64,000 nt of DNA. Origin: Pseudomonadota bacterium (GTDB lineage Bacteria > Myxococcota_A > UBA9160 > UBA4427). Below, piece by piece: positions 17,874-25,489 of this stretch. The first letter of the stretch is position 1, and each line of letters begins with the position of its first letter. Below the pieces are notes generated by a model. It saw only the letters and a list, made by a program, of their open reading frames with translations, was not told the DNA's origin and searched no databases. The position numbers and the translations under genes were made by a program. Location: positions 587 through 64,586 of the forward strand of contig JAKSBN010000346.1 in assembly GCA_022361175.1 (NCBI GenBank), in the 5' to 3' direction.

Positions 17874-19190
17874 ATGGGCGACAACAAGACCGCGTGGGCG
17901 GGCCGGGCTTGGGCGGCCGGCCTGGTTGGAACGGCCACCTTCCTGTGGGCGGGCTCCGCCGCGGCGGACGACGGCCTGAGCGCCGGCGATACGGCCTGGA
18001 TGCTCACCGCGACGGCCCTGGTCCTCATGATGACGTTGCCGGGTCTGGCGCTCTTCTACGGCGGCCTCGTCCGCACGAAGAACGCGCTCAGCATCTTCAT
18101 GCAGTGCCTCATGTCCGCCGGCCTGATGGGCGTGCTGTGGGTCTTGGTCGGCTACAGCCTGGCTTTCGGCGACGGCAACGCCTTCATCGGGGATTTCAGC
18201 AAGGCGCTGCTCGCCCACGCCGACCACACGACCATGAACGGCACGATCCCCGAGTACCTGTTCGTGATGTTCCAGGGCATGTTCATCATCATCACGCCGG
18301 CGCTCATGATCGGCGCGTTCGCCGAGCGCATGCGCTTCGCTCCCTACCTGGTCTTCATCTCCTTGTGGGCGCTGCTGGTCTACTCGCCGCTGGCCCACAT
18401 GGTGTGGGGCGGCGGTTGGATCGGGGACGACGGCGCGATCGATTTCGCGGGCGGCCTGGTGGTGCACATGTCCAGCGGCTTCTCGGCGCTGGCCGCCGCC
18501 ATCTTCCTGGGCCCGCGCAAGGGCTACGGGAAGGAGCCGATGCCGCCGCACAATCTGACCTACACCGTGATCGGCGCGGCGCTCCTGTGGGTGGGCTGGT
18601 TCGGGTTCAACGCCGGTAGTGCCGTGGCGGCCGATGGGACGGCCGCGCTGGCCTTCATCACGACCAGCACCGCCACCTCGGCCGCCGTGGTGGGCTGGGT
18701 CTTCATCGAGTGGATTCACCGCAAGCACCCGACCGTGCTGGGCGGGGCCACCGGTGCGGTGGCGGGCCTGGTGGCGATCACGCCGGCCTGCGCCTCGGTG
18801 ACGCCCGTGGGAGCGATCTTCGTCGGCATCGGTGCCGCGATCATCTGCTACGTGGCGGTCACGCTCTTGAAGCCCGCCCTGGGCTACGACGATTCGCTGG
18901 ACGTCTTCGGCGTTCACGGCGTCGGCGGCGCGTGGGGCGCGCTGGCGGCCGCGATCTTCACGGCACCGTGGCTGCTGGAGGAGATGGCCGCCGGCGGCGT
19001 GAGCCAGGGAGCGCAGCTGTGGATCCAGCTGAAGGGCGTGCTCTTCACGGCCGTGTTCGCACCGGTCTTGACGCTGGTGATCCTGTTCGCGCTGCGACTG
19101 GTGTTCGGCAGTCTGCGAGTCGACGAGGAAGGCGAGTACGAGGGCCTCGACCACGCCGAGCACAGCGAGAGCGCCTACATGTTCGAGTGA
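17874..19190 (+). CDS. amtB: ammonium transporter
   Basis: Amt/MEP blocks (AWMLTATALVLMMTLPGLALFYGGL, FAGGLVVHMSSGFSALAAA, WFGFNAGS, DDSLDVFGVHGVGGAWGAL). Signal-peptide-like N-terminus. ATG 17874 follows GGAGG. Confidence 0.95.
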   Translation: MGDNKTAWAGRAWAAGLVGTATFLWAGSAAADDGLSAGDTAWMLTATALVLMMTLPGLALFYGGLVRTKNALSIFMQCLMSAGLMGVLWVLVGYSLAFGDGNAFIGDFSKALLAHADHTTMNGTIPEYLFVMFQGMFIIITPALMIGAFAERMRFAPYLVFISLWALLVYSPLAHMVWGGGWIGDDGAIDFAGGLVVHMSSGFSALAAAIFLGPRKGYGKEPMPPHNLTYTVIGAALLWVGWFGFNAGSAVAADGTAALAFITTSTATSAAVVGWVFIEWIHRKHPTVLGGATGAVAGLVAITPACASVTPVGAIFVGIGAAIICYVAVTLLKPALGYDDSLDVFGVHGVGGAWGALAAAIFTAPWLLEEMAAGGVSQGAQLWIQLKGVLFTAVFAPVLTLVILFALRLVFGSLRVDEEGEYEGLDHAEHSESAYMFE

Positions 19191-19204
19191 GCCAGAGGCG
19201 TCGT

Positions 19205-19231
19205 CCGCGTGCGGCGCGGCGCCGCACGCGG
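19205..19231. terminator. GC-rich hairpin between convergent amtB and the SelW-like gene (candidate bidirectional terminator)
   Basis: CCGCGTGCGGC (19205-19215) pairs perfectly with GCCGCACGCGG (19221-19231). There is no flanking T-tract. Confidence 0.5.
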
Positions 19232-19240
19232 CGGCCCTGA

Positions 19241-19456
19241 CTACTGGAGCGCGTTCAGGACCTCACCCGGGTCCGGGAAACGACCGGTCTCGTCCTTCGA
19301 GTAGACGAGCCGGCCGTCGGCCACCACGTCGAAGACGCCGTTGTCGCCTCGGATCAACTCCGGGGTCACGCCGACTGCCGCCTTGATTTCGGCCACCAAA
19401 CTGGTGGCCTGGGGCAGGTAGTTTCAGCGGACGCAGTAGGTGATGGTGATCTTCAT
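19241..19456 (-). CDS. SelW-like (Rdx fold) selenoprotein, 71 aa, with Sec encoded by in-frame TGA at 19424-19426
   Basis: Hand translation: ATG 19456, MKITITYCVR-U-NYLPQATSLVAEIKAAVGVTPELIRGDNGVFDVVADGRLVYSKDETGRFPDPGEVLNALQ, TAG 19241-19243. It has a CxxU motif and a GxF[DE]V...GxL[VI]xSK block as in SelW, and a hairpin 14 nt after the UGA. Not in the ORF track because of the TGA. Confidence 0.8.
19391..19409 (-). other. SECIS-like stem-loop directly downstream of the UGA
   Basis: The mRNA GGCCACC-AGUUU-GGUGGCC forms a perfect 7-bp stem with a GU-containing 5-nt loop. The stem starts 14 nt after the UGA. A possible lower stem pairs CUGCC with GGCAG (19413-19417 with 19375-19379). Confidence 0.6.
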
Positions 19457-19474
19457 ACGGAAAGTCTAGCAGCG

Positions 19475-21445
19475 TTACTCCACGGGCAGCGCGTAGGCCG
19501 TGAGGGCGTCTCCCGGCTCCGACCAGCCGTGGCCGCCCGCCGCGATGACCACGAACTGGCGGGAATCGGGCCGCAGCCGGTAGGTCATGGGCGTGGCGTT
19601 GCCCGTGTAGGGCAGTCGTGCCGTCCAGATCTCCTCGCCCGTGTCCGCGTCGAAGCCGCGCAGGAACTTGTCGGTCGTGGCGCCCACGAAGACGACCCCG
19701 CCCGCCGTGACGATCGAGCCACCCAGGTTGGGTGCCCCGTTGTCGAGCCACAAGGGCCAGGGGGCCTGATCCCGGGTCGTGCCCAGCGTCGACTCCCACA
19801 GCACCTGACCGCTGCGCAGATCGACGGCGGTGAGCGTGCCCCAGGGCGGCGGGTTGCAGGGCGCTCCGAAGTTGGAGAGCAGGGGGCTTCGGCGGACGCC
19901 GTAGGGCGCGCCCGCCATGGGGTAGAGCTCCTCCGGGTAGACGACGCTGGCGGGATCCAAGCTGTCGAACTCGGCGCGCGGAACCAGCTGGTGGACGACC
20001 CCTGCGCGCGTCTGGTTCACGTAGAGGACGCCGCGCTCGGGATCGATGGCCACACCGCCCCAGTTGGCCCCGCCTGCGGGGCCCGGATACTGGATGGACC
20101 CCTCCAGACTGGGCGGCGTGAAGATGCCTTCGTTGCGGTAGTGGCGGAGCTTGTCCGCGCAGTCTCCGCGGTCCACGAAAGTGAAGCCCCACACGTCGTC
20201 GGGGCGCAGCGAGGCGGGGTGGAGCGGCGGCGGATGGGTGGGGAAGGGCTGGGTCGGCGACAGCACCTCTCCCGGAACCCCGCCTTGGGGCACCGGCCGT
20301 TCCTCCACCGGGTAGAGCGGTTTTCCGGTCTCGCGGTGTAGCAGAAACACGTGCCCCATCTTCGTGGCCTGGGCCAACGCCGGCGCCCCGCCGCCCACGC
20401 CCTCGATCTGGAAGAGCGCGGGCTGTGAGGCCACGTCGTAGTCCCACACGTCGCGGTGGACGGTCTGGAAGGCCCAGACCACGGCCCCCGTCTCCACGTC
20501 CAGGGCGACGGTGGAGCTGGCGTAGTGGTCGAGGCCGCGGCGGATGGCGCCGAAGCTGTCGGGCGACGCGTTGCCGGTGGGGATGAAGACCAGGCCGCGC
20601 TCTTCGTCGCCCGCCAAGAGCGACCACACGTTGGGCGTGCCGGACTGATAGCCGCCGCCTTCCTCGCCGCGCTCGGGCCACCACGGGGGCACGGGATCGA
20701 AGGCCCAACGCAGCGCACCGGTGCGGGCGTCGAAGCCCCGGACCACGCCGCTCGGAGCGTCGACGCGCAGGCTGTCCGCCACCAGCGCGCCCACCACCAC
20801 GACGTCACGCACCACCAGGGGCGGCGAGGTCGAGTAGTACTCCCAGGTGGGGGCGTCGCCGACCCCCTCGCGCAGGGCCACGCGTCCGTCGCGGCCGAAA
20901 TCGGGGCACGGCTGTCCGGTGGCGGCATCCAGAGCGATCAACTCGGAGTCGATGGTGCCGGTGAAGATCCGCGCCTGGCAGACCGCGGCCGGCTCGGGGT
21001 CGCGCCAGTGGTCGACGCCGCGGCAGGTGAGCGGATACGGGCCCTGCAGTCGGGTGGCGCGCAGCTTCGGATCGAACACCCAGCGTTCGTCGCCCGTCTC
21101 CGGATCCAGGGCGAAGACCCGATTGAAGCCGGTGCAGTAGTAGAGCGTGTCGTCCACCACGATGGGCGTGGCCTGGAACGCCGTGCGCGTGGCGTCGCCC
21201 GTGCCGTCGGAAACGTCGCCGGAGTGATGGACCCAGGCCACCTCCAGCGCGCCGACGTTGTCCTTGTGGATCTGGTCGAGCGGCGAGTATTTGAGCCCGC
21301 CGAGGGTGTTCCCAACCGCCGGCCAGTCGCCGATCGGGCCGGACCGCACAGGCGGTTCGGGACTGCCGCACCCGGTCAGCAACGCCAGCAGGAGGCCTCC
21401 GAGAAGACGCCGGGCCCGCGCGATCGTCCCGTCAACCGGCTTCAT
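19475..21445 (-). CDS. PQQ-dependent dehydrogenase (quinoprotein glucose/aldose dehydrogenase-like beta-propeller), lipoprotein
   Basis: 656 aa. Lipobox LLTGC, then repeated propeller W-motifs (TGDERWVF, TGALRWAF, TGAVVWAF, SGQVLWES, TGEEIWTA) and a DVWDYD block. Confidence 0.9.
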   Translation of the reverse strand: MKPVDGTIARARRLLGGLLLALLTGCGSPEPPVRSGPIGDWPAVGNTLGGLKYSPLDQIHKDNVGALEVAWVHHSGDVSDGTGDATRTAFQATPIVVDDTLYYCTGFNRVFALDPETGDERWVFDPKLRATRLQGPYPLTCRGVDHWRDPEPAAVCQARIFTGTIDSELIALDAATGQPCPDFGRDGRVALREGVGDAPTWEYYSTSPPLVVRDVVVVGALVADSLRVDAPSGVVRGFDARTGALRWAFDPVPPWWPERGEEGGGYQSGTPNVWSLLAGDEERGLVFIPTGNASPDSFGAIRRGLDHYASSTVALDVETGAVVWAFQTVHRDVWDYDVASQPALFQIEGVGGGAPALAQATKMGHVFLLHRETGKPLYPVEERPVPQGGVPGEVLSPTQPFPTHPPPLHPASLRPDDVWGFTFVDRGDCADKLRHYRNEGIFTPPSLEGSIQYPGPAGGANWGGVAIDPERGVLYVNQTRAGVVHQLVPRAEFDSLDPASVVYPEELYPMAGAPYGVRRSPLLSNFGAPCNPPPWGTLTAVDLRSGQVLWESTLGTTRDQAPWPLWLDNGAPNLGGSIVTAGGVVFVGATTDKFLRGFDADTGEEIWTARLPYTGNATPMTYRLRPDSRQFVVIAAGGHGWSEPGDALTAYALPVE

Positions 21446-22493
21446 ACACGTACCGATCCGCGGTGTCGGAGTGGCGCGCGGCCTCGCCCGCCAGGCGCAG
21501 GTGCTCGAGGTGGGCGTAGGTCTCGCTCTCGGCCATGGGGCCCCAGCTGCGCTGGCGGAAGAGCCGCTGCGAGAACGCTTCCACCGTCGCGGGCCCCAGC
21601 TCGCGACCGATGGCCTTCACCCGCTCCAGCCGTTCTCGGTGATGGGCCTGGATGTCGGCGCAGCGAGCGGCGAGGGCGCCGAAAGGGTGCCCGTGAGCCG
21701 GGAGCGCCAGCGACACGTCGGGGATGGCCGCCACCTCGTCCAGCGATTGCATGAACGAGGCCAGCGGATCCGGATGGTGGGTGAGGCCCGAGATGTGAGG
21801 CGTGATGCTCGGCAGCACGTGGTCGCCGGCCAGCAGCAATCCGTGCTCGGGGTCGTGCAGGCAGACGTGGTCTTCGGTGTGTCCCGGGGTGTGGAGGACG
21901 AACCAGTCGCGGCCGGCGAGCCGCAGGCGATCCCCGGCGGCCACCCGATCGGTGATCGTCGGTACGAACGGCAAGCGCGAGAACCAGTGCATGGCCCGCC
22001 AGCGCAGGCGCGCGCGCAGGGGAGGGCGAGGCGAGCGGCCGCCCCACGGCGTGCGTGCCGGCCGCTGGGGCAGACCGGAGCCCTGGGCCTTGGGCGCGCG
22101 CGGCGCGGCGTCTTCCACGGAGACCTCCGGCGTCTCGTCCCGGGCTTCGGCGGGGCCGAAGCGAAAGCTCGCGTGCGCCACCACCCGCGCACCCGCCGCC
22201 TTGGCCAGGCGGGCGGCCCCGCCGAAGTGATCGGGGTGGGAGTGCGTGACGATGACCGTGTGGACGTGGCGGATGGCCAGGTCCGCTTGCTGCAAGCGGT
22301 GCTTGAGCGCGCGCCAGCTGTCGGGGCCCGGGAGACCGGGATCGACCAGGGCGACACCCTCGTCGTCCAAGAGCGCGTAGCAGTTCACGTGGCCGAGGCC
22401 GGGCAAGCGGATCGGGAGTTGGAAGCGCAGCACGCGGTCCGCGACTTCCGTCACTTCCTGTCGCGCGGGCTCTTGTTCTTGTCGGTGTGCCAT
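21432..22493 (-). CDS. MBL-fold metallo-hydrolase
   Basis: THSHPDHFGG (HxHxDH), a later HTPGHTEDH, and an Arg/Pro-rich insertion between them. Its 3' end overlaps the PQQ dehydrogenase start by 14 nt. Confidence 0.85.
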   Translation of the reverse strand: MAHRQEQEPARQEVTEVADRVLRFQLPIRLPGLGHVNCYALLDDEGVALVDPGLPGPDSWRALKHRLQQADLAIRHVHTVIVTHSHPDHFGGAARLAKAAGARVVAHASFRFGPAEARDETPEVSVEDAAPRAPKAQGSGLPQRPARTPWGGRSPRPPLRARLRWRAMHWFSRLPFVPTITDRVAAGDRLRLAGRDWFVLHTPGHTEDHVCLHDPEHGLLLAGDHVLPSITPHISGLTHHPDPLASFMQSLDEVAAIPDVSLALPAHGHPFGALAARCADIQAHHRERLERVKAIGRELGPATVEAFSQRLFRQRSWGPMAESETYAHLEHLRLAGEAARHSDTADRYVYEAG

Positions 22494-22559
22494 GCGAGCA
22501 CACTAGCAAGCCGTCCCGAGCCGGCGCTTCGGTCCTGTCCGAAGGGTCAGGTGCGGAGT

Positions 22560-22868
22560 TCAGGGAAGTGCGGCGCGCTCGGGAGCCCCGACCGCCGGCA
22601 GCGGCGAGTCGTCCGAGGCATCGCGTTGGGCCAGCTCGCGGTCGAGCGCGTCGTAGGCCACCGCCAGAATCCCGAGTTTGCCCCGCAAGCGCGCGATTTC
22701 GGTCTGCTGCACGGCCTGCTGACGGCGGGCGCTCTCGAGATCGCGCAGCGCCTCTGCGTGTTCGGCGCGCAGCGCGGCCAAGTCGGGCGTGGCGCAGCCG
22801 AGTCCCAACGCCGCCACGGCTACGAGAACGGGGAAGGGTTTCACCCGGCGAGCGGGAGTCCTGGGCAT
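22560..22868 (-). CDS. small coiled-coil lipoprotein
   Basis: MPRTPARRVKPFPVLVAVAALGLGC lipoprotein signal followed by heptad-like helical sequence. ATG at 22868. Confidence 0.65.
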   Translation of the reverse strand: MPRTPARRVKPFPVLVAVAALGLGCATPDLAALRAEHAEALRDLESARRQQAVQQTEIARLRGKLGILAVAYDALDRELAQRDASDDSPLPAVGAPERAALP

Positions 22869-22986
22869 TCGGTTTCCTCGGAGTTGGGCGGTGTGCCGGT
22901 CGGGGGGGTACATCGTGCGGGACGCGCCGAGACTTGAGCCCGGACGGCCCGGCCTCGTGCCGCTACGCTGACACCACGGGGGGGAG

Positions 22987-24054
22987 GTGCTTCTGCAGAG
23001 GGTCCTCGACGCCTATCGGGAATTGGTGGCCGCCGGTGAAACCGGCGTGCTGGCCACGCTCGTTCGTGTCGACGGCCACGGCTACCGGCGTCCGGGGGCC
23101 CGCTGGTTGCAGCGCGAAGGGGGCAGCGCCGTCGGGCTCTTGAGCGGCGGCTGCATCGAGGCCGAGCTCGCGGTGCGCGCCGAGCGCGTGCGTCGCGGCG
23201 ACGCGCCCGAGCCCGCCGTCTTCGCGAGCGAGGGGGCGGCCGATCCACCCTGGAGCTGGGAGTCGGGGTGCGCCGGCACGCTCTCGGTGTGGCTGGAGCC
23301 CGTGGACGCGCGTCGCGACGGGGGGCTGCGGGCGCGTGCGCGGGCCCGAGACGCCCGAATCCGCGGGGCCACCGCCTTCGTGTGGCAGGGACCGGGCGAT
23401 GCGCCCGGTCGGCGCTGGGAGCACGACTCGCGGGCGGTCCCGCCGGGCTGGCCCGCAGGCACGGAGGGCGCCACCCGGCGTGCCCTGGCCCGGGCGGTCG
23501 CCACGGGCCGGGAACAACACGTAGAGGCGCCCGGAGTGTCGATCTGGGTGGAAGCGTGGCGTCCGCCGCCGCGGCTCCTGGTGCTGGGGACCGGACCGGA
23601 CGCCCGAGCGGTGTGTCGGCTCGCCGTGGCGCTGGACTGGGAGGTGGAGGTCGCGGGGGTCGGCGCCCAGCGCTGGCCGGGGGTGCGGCGCGCCTGGCCG
23701 TGTCGTCCCGGCGCCCTGGTCGGCACCGCCCCGCCCGACGCCACGACCGAGGCGCTGGTGATGACGCACCACTGGCCCAGCGACCTCGAGTGGCTGCGCT
23801 GGTTGCGCCGGACCGACGTCGCGGGGGTCGGCGTGCTCGGGCCGCGGGAGCGGACCGAGGCGCTGTTGGAGGCCGTCGATCCGGACAAGCCCTTCCGCGA
23901 TCGGCTCCGGTTTCCGGTGGGACTCGACTTGGGCGGCGATGGACCCGAGGCGGTGGCCTTGTCGATCGTCGCCGAGCTTCAGGCGCGGGTGGGGCGCGGC
24001 AGCGGTGAGCGGCTGGCGCTCCGGGCTGGGCCCATCCACGGAGACTCCGCGTGA
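22987..24054 (+). CDS. XdhC/CoxI family molybdenum-hydroxylase accessory protein
   Basis: N-terminal XdhC_CoxI-like block (GVLATLVRVDGHGYRRPGARW...LLSGGCIEAEL) and a C-terminal Rossmann-like block (RLLVLGTGPDARAV). GTG start. Confidence 0.85.
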   Translation: MLLQRVLDAYRELVAAGETGVLATLVRVDGHGYRRPGARWLQREGGSAVGLLSGGCIEAELAVRAERVRRGDAPEPAVFASEGAADPPWSWESGCAGTLSVWLEPVDARRDGGLRARARARDARIRGATAFVWQGPGDAPGRRWEHDSRAVPPGWPAGTEGATRRALARAVATGREQHVEAPGVSIWVEAWRPPPRLLVLGTGPDARAVCRLAVALDWEVEVAGVGAQRWPGVRRAWPCRPGALVGTAPPDATTEALVMTHHWPSDLEWLRWLRRTDVAGVGVLGPRERTEALLEAVDPDKPFRDRLRFPVGLDLGGDGPEAVALSIVAELQARVGRGSGERLALRAGPIHGDSA

Positions 24055-24704
24055 CCGAGGTGGCGGGGATTCTGTTGGCCGCCGGGGGGAGTGCGCGGCT
24101 GGGTCGGCCCAAGCAGCTGCTCCCCGTGGCGCCGGGAGAGGCGCTGGTGCGGCGCGCGGCGCGGACGCTCGGGGCCAGTCGCTGTCGTCGGGTCATCGCC
24201 GTGGTGGGGGCGTTTGAAGCCCAGGTGCGCGCGGCGCTCGCTGGACTCGAGATCGACGTCGTTGCGACCCCCGACTGGCGCCGGGGACTCGGCAGTTCCC
24301 TCGCCGTCGGGGTGGAGGCGGCCCTGGCCCAACCCTGCGACGGCTTCCTGGTGACCCTGGCGGACCAGCCCCGGGTGGACGCGGCGGTCCTGGCTGCTGT
24401 CCTGGACGCCTTCGACGCTTCGGAGCACGGACTGGCGGCGTGCGCTTATCCCGACGGCCCCGGTGTCCCCGCGGCCTTCGCGCGCCGCCACGGGAAGAGC
24501 CTGATGGCGCTGCGGGGGCGAGACCAGGGAGCGCGGGAGTGGCTGCGGCAACGGCGGGCGGAGGTTCGCACGGCAGCCGTCGGCGATTCGCTCGCAGATA
24601 TCGATACACCTTTTGATTACGAGAGGTTGGAAGACAACCCCTCAACGAACTTGTCACGGCAGGGGCGAGTGCAGGAGAAAGCGGAATGGCCACAGGGCGA
24701 TTGA
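24051..24704 (+). CDS. MocA/YgfJ-like nucleotidyltransferase (molybdenum cofactor cytidylyltransferase-like)
   Basis: GILLAAGGSARLGRPKQLLP...TLADQP is typical of MobA/MocA-type enzymes. GTG 24051 overlaps the XdhC stop (GTGA). Confidence 0.85.
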   Translation: MTEVAGILLAAGGSARLGRPKQLLPVAPGEALVRRAARTLGASRCRRVIAVVGAFEAQVRAALAGLEIDVVATPDWRRGLGSSLAVGVEAALAQPCDGFLVTLADQPRVDAAVLAAVLDAFDASEHGLAACAYPDGPGVPAAFARRHGKSLMALRGRDQGAREWLRQRRAEVRTAAVGDSLADIDTPFDYERLEDNPSTNLSRQGRVQEKAEWPQGD

Positions 24705-25489
24705 GTGGAAAGGTGGCGCTGGTGACGGGGGCGGCGTCTGGAATCGGAGGCGCGTGCGCCCGGCGGTTCGCGGCCGAGGGAGCGGCCGTGGCTGGGGCGG
24801 ATGTGAATCCCGCGTCCGACCCGGCGTGGCAGGCCGTGGCCGAGACGGCGCCGGACCACGCGTTTTACAGCGTCGACGTGCGGGACGAGGCGGCGGTCGA
24901 AGCTCTCGTGGGGAAGGCGGTGGAGCGCTTCGGGCACATCGACGTGCTGCTCAACGCTGCGGGCGTCGCGAGCGCGGGGGCGGTGGATGCGGTCGACGAA
25001 GCCGAGTGGGATCGAGTGCTCGACATCAACCTGAAGGGCACGTTCCTGGTCTGCAAGCACGTGGCGCGCCACATGGCCGGGCGGGGCGGGCCGGGCAGCA
25101 TCATCAACATCGCCAGCGTCGAAGGGCTGGAGGGGTTCCAGGGGCAGGCCGCGTACAACGCATCCAAGGGCGGGGTGGTTCTTCTCACCCGCAATATGGC
25201 CGTCGACTACGGCCTGCAGAACATCCGCGTGAACTGCCTCTGCCCGGGCCTGATCGAGACGCCCATGACGGCGCCCATGGTCGACGTACCGGAGCTCAAG
25301 CCGTTGCTGGACACTTTCTTGTCGTACCACCTCCTGGGGCGGGCCGGACAACCCGATGAGGTGGCCTCGGCGGCGTTGTTCTTGGCGTCGGACGACGCGT
25401 CCTTCATCACCGGGCACGCCCTGGCCGTCGACGGCGGCTTCACGGCGGGGCGCCGCCTGCTGCCCGGAGGGGCAACGCTCGGCGGGTGA
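24686..25489 (+). CDS. SDR family oxidoreductase
   Basis: TGAASGIGG cofactor motif, NAAG, and catalytic YNASK. ATG follows AGGAGA. Confidence 0.95.
   Translation: MATGRLSGKVALVTGAASGIGGACARRFAAEGAAVAGADVNPASDPAWQAVAETAPDHAFYSVDVRDEAAVEALVGKAVERFGHIDVLLNAAGVASAGAVDAVDEAEWDRVLDINLKGTFLVCKHVARHMAGRGGPGSIINIASVEGLEGFQGQAAYNASKGGVVLLTRNMAVDYGLQNIRVNCLCPGLIETPMTAPMVDVPELKPLLDTFLSYHLLGRAGQPDEVASAALFLASDDASFITGHALAVDGGFTAGRRLLPGGATLGG

Noticed and set aside
17469-19163. 564-aa ORF antisense to amtB
   Set aside because: It is a typical high-GC antisense shadow ORF (His/Arg/Gly/Asp-rich). The amtB frame has unambiguous Amt motifs.
19263-20708. 481-aa minus-strand ORF covering the selenoprotein slot and part of the PQQ dehydrogenase
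   Set aside because: It is an Arg/Gly/Pro-rich shadow frame. The real signals are the PQQ dehydrogenase frame and the UGA-containing SelW-like frame.
22987-24704. Reading the XdhC-MocA pair as evidence for the selenium-dependent molybdenum hydroxylase trait
   Set aside because: The idea is tempting because SelD and a selenoprotein are nearby. However, the XdhC looks like an ordinary two-domain XdhC/CoxI, and I saw no YqeC-like gene or hydroxylase subunits. The link would be speculation.
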